From: an uncultured delta proteobacterium
GTDB lineage: Bacteria > Desulfobacterota > Desulfuromonadia > Geobacterales > DSM-12255
Direction of reading: 5' to 3'
NCBI GenBank assembly: GCA_963787125.1
Contig: CAWBBV010000020.1
Span: forward strand, 1 to 64,000
DNA: 64,000 bases
Shown: positions 10,645-20,395 of the stretch, one piece after another
Position numbering within the stretch: the stretch's first letter is position 1
How the letters are laid out: each line of letters opens with the position of its first letter
Program-made: the position numbers and the translations under genes
Notes under the pieces: model-generated
Told to the model about the DNA's origin: nothing
The model's database searches: none
The model's input: the letters and a program-made list of their open reading frames with translations, nothing else

Positions 10645-10673
10645 ATTCTAATAACATAGAAATTAATTGTCAA
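10645..10673 (-). promoter_or_regulatory. sigma70 promoter of the lasso operon
   Basis: Minus strand TTGACA-N17-TAGAAT directly upstream of the precursor RBS. Confidence 0.8.
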
Positions 10674-10686
10674 TAATTTTAAAGCT

Positions 10687-10720
10687 GCTGGGGAGGCGGG
10701 CATTTACCCGACTCCCCAGC
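10687..10720 (-). terminator. Hairpin terminator after the multicopper oxidase gene
   Basis: GCTGGGGAG-G-CGGG...CCCG-A-CTCCCCAGC inverted repeat ~20 nt downstream of the stop, followed by AT-rich sequence. Confidence 0.7.
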
Positions 10721-10740
10721 CGATGGTCATTTTACCCAGA

Positions 10741-13700
10741 TCAATGACCGACAATCTTCCATTGTGAGCCGAGCTGGATATCACTCAAAATCACACTTGA
10801 ACTCATTGTCGCATTGTTCATATACCAGAGGAGTTGCTGACCGGTGGAGACTTTCCTCCAGAGGATATCAGCGGTCCCATTGCTATTGAAATCTCCGACC
10901 CCTGCCGCAGACCATGTAGAACCAAGATTCTGCAGGGTTGCAGTACTGGAAACTGTGGTATCATTCATGTACCAGATGGTACTTGTAGAAGTAGAGTCCT
11001 TCCTGAAAAGAATATCTGCCTTGCCATCACGATTGAAGTCGCCTACTCCGGCAATGTACGTCAAGGGGTCATTGACGGCAAAAGTAGTTGAGGTCAACAC
11101 AGCACTGAGAAGCGTGGCATTGTTCATGTGCCAGACAACCTGCTGACCTGTTGTTGCTTTTCTCCAGACGATGTCAGGGTGTCCGTCAGCATTGAAATCA
11201 CCTACCCCACCAGCAACCCATGCGGTTCCAAGTGATTGCAGACTTGCCTGCCCGATTTTTGTTGCCCCATTCATGTACCAGATAAGATTTGCGCCCGTTG
11301 CTGAATCCCTCCAGAGAATATCAGTATTACCGTCAGAATCAAAATCTCCCTTAGCGACTATTGTCCAAGTAGTGCCTGGTGCTGCCGGCAATGCTACTTG
11401 AGCTAGCCGTTTATTTGGAGAAGCTCCGTCCATATACCAGATATAGCTCTGGTTAGTAGAAGTGTCTGTCCAAAGGATGTCAACCGTGCCGTCACCGTTG
11501 AAGTCTCCCGGAACTGCAAAAACTGCGATATAAGTTGCATTAGCTACTACATTTGTTGCAGTAAACGCTGCCAAAGTACTTACCACTGCGCCTGTGTTAG
11601 CATTTTTCCAACCGACAAACCTGTAGGCACTGTTCGGTGTCGGCACAGCAGTAACTGCTGTTGCACTGGCATTATAGTTTACAGTCTGAACCGTAGTACC
11701 AGTCAATGTCCCGTTTGCACCAGCGTTGTAGGTAAGTACATATGTCTGGATCGGTGCTGAGCAGTTTGCAGTTGTCCCGGCGTTAAAACCGGTACATGTC
11801 CATGCCCACGGGCCAGCCCCGGTGACAGTTGTCGCAGTTCCAACACCGCACAAGTTGGTAGTCGGAGCTGCTATGGCAGTAAGGCCATTGCTTGTCCCGC
11901 AGACACCTGCCACAGGAGAAGTAGTCGTTGTTGTAACCAAAGATGAAGCTACAGAATCACCGGCTGCATTATACGCCTTAACCCTGTATGTAAATCGGTA
12001 ATCAGTTGTTGCTGTCATATCTGCGTAGCTGGTTGCATTAGCTACGGCTCTACCCACTTCTGTAAAAGTTCCGCTAGTTGCGTTACATACACTTGGACAG
12101 CGTTCTACCTTAAAACCAATCTCGTTTTTTGGATTACCAAGGTTCTGCATCTGACCAGCTACCAGAGGAAGAGCAGGTGTCAGGTCAGTCCAGGTTACGC
12201 TCGGATTAGCAGCATAGGTAAGTGGGGTAGTATTTATCGGCGCATCCGGCACAACTGCAGTGTACTTGAAGATGAAAGGACGCATGAAGTCGTTCTCTTC
12301 GTGTCCGAGTATGTGACAGTGCCAGACGTATTCCCAGTTGAAGCTGTAAACCTGATTGGTAATCGGCGGATTGTACTGATTACCTGTAAGAGGATCTAGG
12401 TTGCTGAAGCTCATGGTAGAACCTACCGGTTCGGTAGGGCTAAGAAGTCTTGAGCTCTCAGGCACACCGAACGGAAGTTTCGGTGCATTGGCACGAACGG
12501 CAACAATAACGTCCTCAAGGGGATTCATCCTGACAGTCTCTTTCCAACCTACTTCGTTCGCATCTGGAGTCTTGAGAGTACCATCCCAACCGACGCGATT
12601 GATGAGCTGGACATTGACAAGGTGGAAATGAACAGGATGAGTGTCAACGCCGTTATGCGTAATTTTCCAGATCTGTGTTTCGCCGTCCTCAATCTTCTCG
12701 GTTGCCGGATCGATATAGGTAAGCGGAACTGTTGTCTGGTTCTGACCATTGGTAAATGGCAGTTCAACACCAAGGGTTGCGTTCATTCTCCCCCATGGAT
12801 CGAAAAGTTCCTGAATTGCCTTGTTCTGCACCGGCATTTGAGCCTGCTGCCCGGCAAGAACATTCGTGCGGGTAGTTGCCAGAGTTAGCGGTACTGAACC
12901 AGGGACATAACCGTAATAAGAGAAAGCATCTCCGGTTGTAAAATTAAAAGTCGGCACATAGAGCGTACCGGTACGAATGTTGGCGTACGTATTGGCGGTT
13001 ATTGACGGGAATGCCGGTGTATAGGCTTTCTGGGCAACTATTGGTTTGGGCTGGGTTGCGGCGTAAGCAGTACTTACGTCAGTCGCAAGAGTTGCCAGAG
13101 ATTGCGGAGTACCTGTTACAGAGCCAGCTACTACAATCTGCATGACAGTACGGGTATTGGGGCCTTGACCTGGACGAGTCGTAGCAGCACCGCCGGCATC
13201 AGTAAAGTCCGGGTTACCGGTGTAGTAGTCAATACGTGGATCACCGGCAGGTACCGGAGCAGGTGCATCGTTGTAGAGTATGTAGGTAGTTCCGGCTTTA
13301 CCGGTAAAATCTACAATAACGTCAGCACGCTCAGCATTACCAAGGAGGAGTCCGTGCTCGAACATATTGAGTACGGTTACGCTCCGCTTGTTATACTCAA
13401 AGTTAATCGGCGTTGAAGGGATCGGTACCGGAACCGGAAGAATCCCGCCTTCTGTACCGATCTGAACAAAATCCGGTCCGACTGTAGCCGGTGAAGGAAC
13501 TCCCATTGGAAAGAGTCCACCAACCTGAGTTCCCCAACCAGTGCCGAGTATACCGCCTGTAACCGGTATATTAGGCGTTGAGGAGTCAAATGGGACCATG
13601 GCAACTTCAGTAAGACCGGAAAGTGCACAAGTAAAAGTAGCACCAGTACCAACTGAAGGGAAAATTGCCTTTGTAACAGTGGGGACACTGACATATGTGC

Positions 13701-15348
13701 CAAAGGTATTCATGACAAAGCCGGTAATTGCTCCGCCAGGACCAATTGCTGTCACCGTTGCCGTTGCTGGTTGAGCGTTTGGAACAGTAGCGTCAAGCTC
13801 GGCAGGAGGGGCTGTGTAAGGGACTATGTTGGCTAAATTAATAACATCGCCGACCGCATAGCCCGTACCTGGAGTTGCAATAGCTGTACAGTCAATTGCC
13901 TTTTTAGCTTGATACAGCCCCAAGTTGAGGAACCTGTCGTTGGCTGCATTGAGTATTCTGAAACGATATGGTTTCGGCTCAACTGTCAGCGTCGGATAGG
14001 CTTTGCCGTTGACAATAGGGGTATCGTTAAAGGCCTCAGGAGTGGTGGTGGCATTACTTCTGTTGTTTACGGCATCCCAGGTCCCATCAGGTATGACATA
14101 ACCTGGGGCGACCGGGAAAGCAGGCCAGAAATAAGGGCCATAATCCCAACGACCGGGGGGGTTGGTGAGATCACCGGAGGTAAGATCCTGATTGAATTCA
14201 TAAACGTTGGGGAACCAGAGATCACCCTCTTGGCCCCAATGGGTAGTATTCCAATTGGCATCCTGAACAAGAATGTCCTTCGGAACAAAGGTTTTGTCCT
14301 GAATTACCAGCGGGATTTCAGGAGCATCCGGCACCAGTGCACGTTCGCTGGCATCTGTCTGCAAGAATGCTGCGGCCATACCGGCGTAAACATTCAGACG
14401 GGTGGTTCCCATGGCATGGTCGTGATAGAACATGAGGCGACCACTGATGTCATTAGTAAAGTAGAGAGTGCCTGCACCTTTCCCAGCACCTGGATCAGGC
14501 ATATCAGGGACTATCGAGAAAGAGTCACCATTTTTGTATTTATTGAGCTCGCCAACCGGAGAAATCCACTGGCTTGGAGTTCCATCGCTGATCCAGGGAG
14601 TGTCACCGCCATGATGGTGAATGGCTATACGATTTTCAGTATAGTAGGTTGTCTGATCTGGGCCAGTGCCAGCACCCATAAGGGTCTTATCGACCGGAAT
14701 AAAAAGGTCACCGTCAGCTCCCGGTGGAAGCAAGTTCAAATATTTGATACGAACCGGAGTGCCTTTCGCCGCAATAATAACCGGCCCTAGATAGCTCGGA
14801 TTGTCGTAGGCAATAACTGCATTACCGTTTATATCCGCAATTGGAGAACCATTAGGATAGGTAAGCGCAATGCTCCTGCTCTTGGAAATATTAGCTGCTG
14901 TTTGCAACTGCACATAACCACGCAGCTTAGTTGGCTTGGCAAGATCTGTGTGCATCTTCTGACTATACTCGACAACAGCTATCTCATAATAATCCGAACC
15001 AGGATAAGTAGTTTTATCCGGCTTGGCAATTGACAGATAGCTGCCAGTACACGTTCCTGCAGAAATGTCACAGGGAACCGGAAGCGGATCCACAAACTTT
15101 CTTAAAGCCGTCCCTGAATCATGAACGCCCCCATTCCAATCTGTCCAGATGCCTGCCGGGCTGTTGGCATAGTAAGTTGGTACGTTTTTTGGGTTACCGC
15201 TCGCATCGGAACTTAATGCAGTCCCGGCTCCGGCAAAAGCGTAACTACTGCCTAAGAGAAGTGTCACCAGAGTTAGCAACACCGACTTAACTATCGGTTG
15301 CCCTCTCGACATTCGCCATCTGTTCTTCACTAAATGACAATCTTTCAT
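10741..15348 (-). CDS. Large secreted multicopper oxidase (OmpB/MofA-like) with FN3, Cys-rich, InlB-B-like and FG-GAP/VCBS modules
   Basis: All four Cu-ligand motifs present: [29 protein letters not shown]. Signal peptide. C-terminal GDFNxDGxxDILWR repeats. Confidence 0.9.
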   Translation of the reverse strand: MKDCHLVKNRWRMSRGQPIVKSVLLTLVTLLLGSSYAFAGAGTALSSDASGNPKNVPTYYANSPAGIWTDWNGGVHDSGTALRKFVDPLPVPCDISAGTCTGSYLSIAKPDKTTYPGSDYYEIAVVEYSQKMHTDLAKPTKLRGYVQLQTAANISKSRSIALTYPNGSPIADINGNAVIAYDNPSYLGPVIIAAKGTPVRIKYLNLLPPGADGDLFIPVDKTLMGAGTGPDQTTYYTENRIAIHHHGGDTPWISDGTPSQWISPVGELNKYKNGDSFSIVPDMPDPGAGKGAGTLYFTNDISGRLMFYHDHAMGTTRLNVYAGMAAAFLQTDASERALVPDAPEIPLVIQDKTFVPKDILVQDANWNTTHWGQEGDLWFPNVYEFNQDLTSGDLTNPPGRWDYGPYFWPAFPVAPGYVIPDGTWDAVNNRSNATTTPEAFNDTPIVNGKAYPTLTVEPKPYRFRILNAANDRFLNLGLYQAKKAIDCTAIATPGTGYAVGDVINLANIVPYTAPPAELDATVPNAQPATATVTAIGPGGAITGFVMNTFGTYVSVPTVTKAIFPSVGTGATFTCALSGLTEVAMVPFDSSTPNIPVTGGILGTGWGTQVGGLFPMGVPSPATVGPDFVQIGTEGGILPVPVPIPSTPINFEYNKRSVTVLNMFEHGLLLGNAERADVIVDFTGKAGTTYILYNDAPAPVPAGDPRIDYYTGNPDFTDAGGAATTRPGQGPNTRTVMQIVVAGSVTGTPQSLATLATDVSTAYAATQPKPIVAQKAYTPAFPSITANTYANIRTGTLYVPTFNFTTGDAFSYYGYVPGSVPLTLATTRTNVLAGQQAQMPVQNKAIQELFDPWGRMNATLGVELPFTNGQNQTTVPLTYIDPATEKIEDGETQIWKITHNGVDTHPVHFHLVNVQLINRVGWDGTLKTPDANEVGWKETVRMNPLEDVIVAVRANAPKLPFGVPESSRLLSPTEPVGSTMSFSNLDPLTGNQYNPPITNQVYSFNWEYVWHCHILGHEENDFMRPFIFKYTAVVPDAPINTTPLTYAANPSVTWTDLTPALPLVAGQMQNLGNPKNEIGFKVERCPSVCNATSGTFTEVGRAVANATSYADMTATTDYRFTYRVKAYNAAGDSVASSLVTTTTTSPVAGVCGTSNGLTAIAAPTTNLCGVGTATTVTGAGPWAWTCTGFNAGTTANCSAPIQTYVLTYNAGANGTLTGTTVQTVNYNASATAVTAVPTPNSAYRFVGWKNANTGAVVSTLAAFTATNVVANATYIAVFAVPGDFNGDGTVDILWTDTSTNQSYIWYMDGASPNKRLAQVALPAAPGTTWTIVAKGDFDSDGNTDILWRDSATGANLIWYMNGATKIGQASLQSLGTAWVAGGVGDFNADGHPDIVWRKATTGQQVVWHMNNATLLSAVLTSTTFAVNDPLTYIAGVGDFNRDGKADILFRKDSTSTSTIWYMNDTTVSSTATLQNLGSTWSAAGVGDFNSNGTADILWRKVSTGQQLLWYMNNATMSSSVILSDIQLGSQWKIVGH

Positions 15349-15404
15349 CTGTTACCTCCTGTTGATTTTAAATAAGACAAAGTTAAAATTTACTTCAAAC
15401 GATA

Positions 15405-15908
15405 CTATTTCTCCGTTGGATTTAGTCCTGAAGCTGCCAAACGCTTCGTCCAGCGTGTCTGCCGCGCCTCAAGCCGCGCCTCCACAAAATCACTCCGTTT
15501 AGGCATCTTTGCCATGTAATCCATCATCTGCTGACCTCTGTTATACTCAGGCTTCTGATTGCTCTCTACTGTAGGCAAAACTTTCTCTTTTGAAGCTACT
15601 GCAATAGTAGTTACTGCATCAGGAACTGCTCTCTCCTTCCCTGAAGCAAGACCAGCTTCACTTTCTTTTTTATTAGCAGTGGGTATGACTGACACAGTTT
15701 TTTCTGACACTACCTGCTCCGACGTCTTTACGACTTGAGTCGCCGCCTGCCTATGACCCTCTGAACTTATAAGCTTCGGGTCCATGCTCCCGTCAATTTC
15801 AACAACAATTCTGTCAGGGTACTCATGTACATGTACAACTGCTGCATCGGTTACTTTCACCACACACATCACTGAAACTAAACTTAAAACAGCAGCGATA
15901 GTCTTCAT
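15405..15908 (-). CDS. Secreted hypothetical protein, first gene of the oxidase operon
   Basis: Signal peptide-like N-terminus; GAGGAGG RBS. Confidence 0.75.
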   Translation of the reverse strand: MKTIAAVLSLVSVMCVVKVTDAAVVHVHEYPDRIVVEIDGSMDPKLISSEGHRQAATQVVKTSEQVVSEKTVSVIPTANKKESEAGLASGKERAVPDAVTTIAVASKEKVLPTVESNQKPEYNRGQQMMDYMAKMPKRSDFVEARLEARQTRWTKRLAASGLNPTEK

Positions 15909-15971
15909 TCTTTACCTCCTCACTTTTGCAAGTCAATGATTCATCCATGAAAAGCGGTTATACTTCTTAAT

Positions 15972-15988
15972 TACAATTACCGTGCCCA
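15972..15988 (-). promoter_or_regulatory. sigma54 (-24/-12) promoter
   Basis: Minus strand GGGCACG-GTAA-TTGTA versus consensus TGGCACG-N4-TTGCW. Confidence 0.6.
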
Positions 15989-16049
15989 AAAAAATAATGG
16001 TGTAACCAGCTTAAATCAGGAACATTAACATTAAAGTAAAATGTAAGCG

Positions 16050-16097
16050 TGTAGTTATTTGCGACAACGTTCCATTAAACTGTACATTATGACGACA
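16050..16097. promoter_or_regulatory. Tandem enhancer-like (bEBP) sites
   Basis: TGTAGTTATTTGCGACA (16050-16066) and TGTACATTATGACGACA (16081-16097), both TGT-N11-ACA, 31 bp apart. Confidence 0.55.
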
Positions 16098-16101
16098 GTC
16101 A

Positions 16102-16494
16102 CTATTTGGGAGAATCCGGTAAGGGGGTATCCTTAGTGACTACATATTCATCGCCGCTACAGATACATTTCCCCGCAATAAATGGCGTTTCTATATCGAG
16201 AATAATTTTTTTCTCTTGCGGGCTCCTTACCAGCCGCCATCCACCCGGCATCATATAGCTGTTCAACGTCCCGGAAATTGAATTACACCTGGCCCCACAG
16301 AGGGAACGGGCTATTTCAGGAGCATCAGGGCTTGTGGTGTAATCGTACGAGTATGCTTTTACGACAAAGACTGTAGACGTTTCAGCAAAAGTTGTGTTTG
16401 GCAAACCGATAAACACAATTGACACTATAGTAGCCATTACTGTCCTAGCAAAAACTAACCCCATGACGCATAATCCTGCCTGGTTATTCTTCAA
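16102..16494 (-). CDS. Secreted hypothetical protein with Cys pairs
   Basis: Signal-like N-terminus; CGARC and KCIC; start overlaps the upstream stop. Confidence 0.65.
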   Translation of the reverse strand: MKNNQAGLCVMGLVFARTVMATIVSIVFIGLPNTTFAETSTVFVVKAYSYDYTTSPDAPEIARSLCGARCNSISGTLNSYMMPGGWRLVRSPQEKKIILDIETPFIAGKCICSGDEYVVTKDTPLPDSPK

Positions 16495-18200
16495 TGGATC
16501 ACCCAGTCACTTCTTCTGACAAGCTCAGCCTTTTCGCCCTTGCCAAGCTGAACAATATAGCATCCTTTTGAGGCATAACGCTGCCCCGGACCAAAGCTGA
16601 GCCGTTCATACAAAGGAAACTCCATGTCCGGCATCATTCCGATAGCATCAAGAAGGAAATCCCGATAATATTCGCCCCGCAAATCCATCAGAGCCTGGCT
16701 TTCTACTTGGCTCAAAGCATACGACTGCCTGAGGATTCGCTTTGAGGAACTGTCCAAAGCCGCAGTCTTTACCAACGGCTTAATAAACGTATCAAACCTG
16801 ATATCATCCTGCGGCAGTCGATAGGGATAGGTGAAGAAGGTATATTCTCGGGCATTATCCTTAAGGTTCCAGATAGAATCTCCCAGATAGCCAGAAGATA
16901 GAAGCAGTACACCGGGTCTGGTCTCAGCCGCTGCAAGCGACTCAATTGCAGGCAGGGCATCTGAACCATCCCAGATAACGAGTACGGCAGGATTCTCGGT
17001 CTTCATAACCCCGGCAAGATATTCCGGAGTCAACGGCTCCTTCTCGGAAAGAGTCATTATGTGCACAGCAGAGTTACCAAGGTTAAGCCAGGTCTTATTG
17101 AAGCCGGCTGCAAGAGCATCTCCCTTTTTAGACCGACGTACTATCTCGACAATTCGCTTGCCTTTGACAAGTTCACCCAGGCTGTTAAGGTAGCGAGCCG
17201 CTGCTTCGCCCTCTTGATAGATACCCTTGGAAAAATAGATGGTATACCAATCCGTATCAGAGATTACCGGGTAGTCAGTAACAGGGAAAAGAGCGGGTAT
17301 CCGGTGAGTTTCGCAGAAAGTATGTATGGGTTGCCAATCTCCGCCTGTTATTCCGCCTAGGAGTGCGAAGACAGGCTCTTTTTTATAATATTCCTCGAGC
17401 TGTGATCCCCATGTCTCGGGCGCACCCCTGAGATACCATTTAGAAAGAATCAATTTTTTTCGCAGCAGATCCGGTCCCATCATATTCAAAGCCATTTTGG
17501 TTGTACGCGGATTTTTCTTATAGGCATTGGCAAGGCCGTTCTTCTGCCTGATATAAAACTCTATCCCGGCAAGCATGGCGTCAGAATCTTCCTTACGAAC
17601 ATCATCTGTTATAACTGTTGCAAAACTTATAGTGCTGTCAGTAACCCCTGGCGGCAAATCTGCCGAAAGACTTTTGAGATACCTTATCAGGATATCCATC
17701 TCTCTCTTTTCCAGTTTGTAAAGCGGCATAATCGGGTTCATGGTCCGAGCACCAGCGTCTACGCCATCAGTCAGACAGGCAGCTAAAGATTCATCCGTAT
17801 ACGCTGGTCGGGGTGCAAGAGCTAAAGCATACCTGCGTACAGCCGGTACTTGCTCAAAACCTTTTTTGAAAAGCTCTCGTGACTTGTAAAGACTTTTACC
17901 ATCTGTTGGGGGTGTAACAACAGTGCCTTCAATCGATCCCAAGCCGCTACGAAGATGACAACTGACACATGTAAAGGATGTTCCCTCAACCGGCACATCT
18001 CTACTCACAAACGCCTTCATAGGAGCACCTGACGGCAGTATCCCATCGCGGTACATCCGCTCACCAAACTGCTGAATTTGTTCCTTTGATAACGGAGTTG
18101 GCTTGTTTTCTTCACCATGACTTGAAGATACTGTCGTAGCTAACAACATCAAATTCACAATCAGTACAACAATTAGTTGAAACCTATTCATTGTTTTCAT
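16491..18200 (-). CDS. Monoheme cytochrome c fused to a periplasmic-binding-protein-like domain
   Basis: Signal peptide, CVSCH, likely distal Met in IMPLY; C-terminal type I binding-protein-like region (PVFALLGG...HRIPALFP). Confidence 0.75.
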   Translation of the reverse strand: MKTMNRFQLIVVLIVNLMLLATTVSSSHGEENKPTPLSKEQIQQFGERMYRDGILPSGAPMKAFVSRDVPVEGTSFTCVSCHLRSGLGSIEGTVVTPPTDGKSLYKSRELFKKGFEQVPAVRRYALALAPRPAYTDESLAACLTDGVDAGARTMNPIMPLYKLEKREMDILIRYLKSLSADLPPGVTDSTISFATVITDDVRKEDSDAMLAGIEFYIRQKNGLANAYKKNPRTTKMALNMMGPDLLRKKLILSKWYLRGAPETWGSQLEEYYKKEPVFALLGGITGGDWQPIHTFCETHRIPALFPVTDYPVISDTDWYTIYFSKGIYQEGEAAARYLNSLGELVKGKRIVEIVRRSKKGDALAAGFNKTWLNLGNSAVHIMTLSEKEPLTPEYLAGVMKTENPAVLVIWDGSDALPAIESLAAAETRPGVLLLSSGYLGDSIWNLKDNAREYTFFTYPYRLPQDDIRFDTFIKPLVKTAALDSSSKRILRQSYALSQVESQALMDLRGEYYRDFLLDAIGMMPDMEFPLYERLSFGPGQRYASKGCYIVQLGKGEKAELVRRSDWVIH

Positions 18201-18769
18201 AATTTAATCCCCGTTTTCTTGCACTCTTCAATAAATTCACTGCTACTGATCAAACCAAAAATTCTTACCCACTTCCCATTACCAGGCATTCGTATGAACG
18301 TAAGTGGCTTGTGATCCATTTTTGTTCTGAAACTTGATTCGAAACTCCTCAGGATAAGGTCAATATCAGCCCGGCTACCGGTGAAAAAATCCCATCCCGG
18401 CTTGGCACGGTACCGTTTAAGATACTCCTTCATCACCTTCGGGGTATCGTTTTCAGGGTCTATCGAGATGGAAACAAGCTGCACCTTTCCAGAATCAGTC
18501 CCAAGTCGATTCTGGAGATTTGCATAGCCAGCAGAGAGCACCGGACATATCGTTGTGCAAGTGCCATAAACAAAATCTACAATGATCGTTTTTTTGGAAT
18601 CTGTAAAAGATTTGAATCTAACCTTATTCCCATCTTGATTAACAAGCGTTACATCCGGCATTGTGTAGCTCTCAACTGTACGGCTATATGTTTTCCCCCC
18701 GGCGAAAGCAGTAAAAGGTAATGATAAAAAAAACAACGCCGGTAAAATAATCATCTTTTTTAGTATCAT
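18197..18769 (-). CDS. SCO1/SenC family copper chaperone
   Basis: CTTICP (CxxxC), SISIDPENDTP, downstream His (DHK). Confidence 0.92.
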   Translation of the reverse strand: MILKKMIILPALFFLSLPFTAFAGGKTYSRTVESYTMPDVTLVNQDGNKVRFKSFTDSKKTIIVDFVYGTCTTICPVLSAGYANLQNRLGTDSGKVQLVSISIDPENDTPKVMKEYLKRYRAKPGWDFFTGSRADIDLILRSFESSFRTKMDHKPLTFIRMPGNGKWVRIFGLISSSEFIEECKKTGIKL

Positions 18770-18910
18770 TAATTTTCCTTTCTAGTTCTCGCTTTTTTTG
18801 AAACATTGTTGCACTATATCATTTTTTAACTATTTTGCAAACGGGCTGAACAATTTAGCTTATTTTACTGTTCTACAACCAAAAGATGGAAATCTTGAAG
18901 ATGGCAATCT

Positions 18911-18939
18911 TTGACATGACACGACAAACTATATAAACT
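18911..18939 (+). promoter_or_regulatory. sigma70 promoter of the ABC operon
   Basis: TTGACA-N17-TAAACT. Confidence 0.7.
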
Positions 18940-18973
18940 TGCGCCCGTAAACGTCATTTTTCCGGAGGAAGCC

Positions 18974-19261
18974 ATTCGTCACTCAACCTCATTCATCATC
19001 TTTACCGGTGCAAATTTCCTGCTGATACTGCTACTTGCTGGGCATGCGGTTTCACGTCAAGCACCTGAAGCCCCGGAGAACACCACCCTCGCCCGAAGGC
19101 TTAAGCTGACTGACCTCTGCCTTTTTACCGAAGCCCGCTACACCCGCCACCCGGCCATGGCAGACAACCACGCCGCTTTTCAGGAACATCCTACCGCCTT
19201 CGATCATTTCCCCTCCGGGTCAATGCTCATGCCGCGAAAACCTGGCAGGATAACCGAATGA
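18974..19261 (+). CDS. Small membrane-anchored protein (95 aa) with apparent ATT start, absent from the ORF track
   Basis: GGAGG, 5-nt spacer, then ATT; frame reads (M)RHSTSFIIFTGANFLLILLLAGHAV...LTDLCLFTEARYTRHP...FQEHPTAFDHFPSGS...; TGA overlaps the permease ATG (ATGA). Confidence 0.7.
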   Translation: MRHSTSFIIFTGANFLLILLLAGHAVSRQAPEAPENTTLARRLKLTDLCLFTEARYTRHPAMADNHAAFQEHPTAFDHFPSGSMLMPRKPGRITE

Positions 19262-20394
19262 CTCATTTTATCAACCGCCAGCGTAACATCCTCGATTTTG
19301 CCATCTCTTCTCTACTCAGAAGAAAGCTGAAAAACCTCTCGCTGCTCTTATTATACACTCTCATTGTGGCACTTGTCGCGTCGCTGATCTTTTTTATCCA
19401 GTCACTGAAGCGCGAAGCCAGCCTGCTGCTAAAAGATGCCCCGGATATAATCGTCCAGCAGCTAATCGCTGGCCGGCATGAGCTGATTCGATTAGATAAA
19501 ATCCAACTGATAGCGTCTCTACGTGGTGTAACCGAGGTATCACCCCGTTATTGGGGCTACTATTACGACCCTGTTTTTGGTGCCAACTACACCGTCATTG
19601 CTGATGAGTCGCTCGCCGCTGAACCGGACAAGGCAATTATCGGCCAAGGGGTTGCCAGAAACCAGCGAATCAGTACCGGGGATATATTCACTCTGCGAAA
19701 TGCGGCCAACTCTCCTGCCCTGCTTACCGTTAAAAAAATCCTGCCGTATGACTCGGAGCTGCTTGCTTCTGACACTATTCTGCTCGCCTCAGCTGAATTT
19801 TTCAAGCTTTTCGGCTTCCCGAAAGGCTACGCTACCGACCTGGCAGTGACTGTTGCCAACCCCCGTGAAATGGTCACTATAGCCGGTAAAATTGCCGAGC
19901 TCATCCCGAACAGTCGGCCAATTCTGAAAAGCGAGATTTTGAGAACCTATGACTCCATCTTTGATTGGCGGGGCGGGATGCTGGTGACGATCCTGTTTGT
20001 TTCGATCCTCTCCTTTGTCATCTTCGCCTGGGACAAAGCTGCCGGGCTATCGGCCGAGGAGCGCAGAGAAACCGGCATTCTCAAGTCAATCGGCTGGGAA
20101 ACTTCTGACATACTCCTTTTAAAGTTCTGGGAAGGTTCAGCTGTATCACTAACAGCTTTTCTTCTCGGTAGTGCCGCTGCCTATATTCATGTTTTTTACT
20201 TTTCAGCGCCACTCTTTGCACCGGCTTTAAAAGGTTGGAGCATCCTGTACCCGGCATTCAACCTCAAACCGCACATTGATTTGTATCAAATCTCAATCCT
20301 TTTTTTCCTTACGGTCATGCCCTATACTGCCGCGACCATTCTCCCGTCCTGGCTTGCGGCCACAACCGACGCAGATAGCGCGATGAGGTCTTAA
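19258..20394 (+). CDS. FtsX/MacB/LolE-family ABC permease
   Basis: One TM, periplasmic loop, three TMs; ERRETGILKSIGW motif. Confidence 0.88.
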   Translation: MTHFINRQRNILDFAISSLLRRKLKNLSLLLLYTLIVALVASLIFFIQSLKREASLLLKDAPDIIVQQLIAGRHELIRLDKIQLIASLRGVTEVSPRYWGYYYDPVFGANYTVIADESLAAEPDKAIIGQGVARNQRISTGDIFTLRNAANSPALLTVKKILPYDSELLASDTILLASAEFFKLFGFPKGYATDLAVTVANPREMVTIAGKIAELIPNSRPILKSEILRTYDSIFDWRGGMLVTILFVSILSFVIFAWDKAAGLSAEERRETGILKSIGWETSDILLLKFWEGSAVSLTAFLLGSAAAYIHVFYFSAPLFAPALKGWSILYPAFNLKPHIDLYQISILFFLTVMPYTAATILPSWLAATTDADSAMRS

Positions 20395-20395
20395 C

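Noticed and set aside
10614..10703. 76-aa version of the precursor ORF
   Set aside because: The extension overlaps the upstream hairpin and the promoter; the RBS supports ATG 10613.
3177..10740. Mobile-element boundaries around the lasso cluster
   Set aside because: No integrase, transposase, tRNA or flanking direct repeats were recognised by eye.
13909..14790. 293-aa plus-strand ORF
   Set aside because: Antisense shadow of the multicopper oxidase gene with no recognisable motifs.
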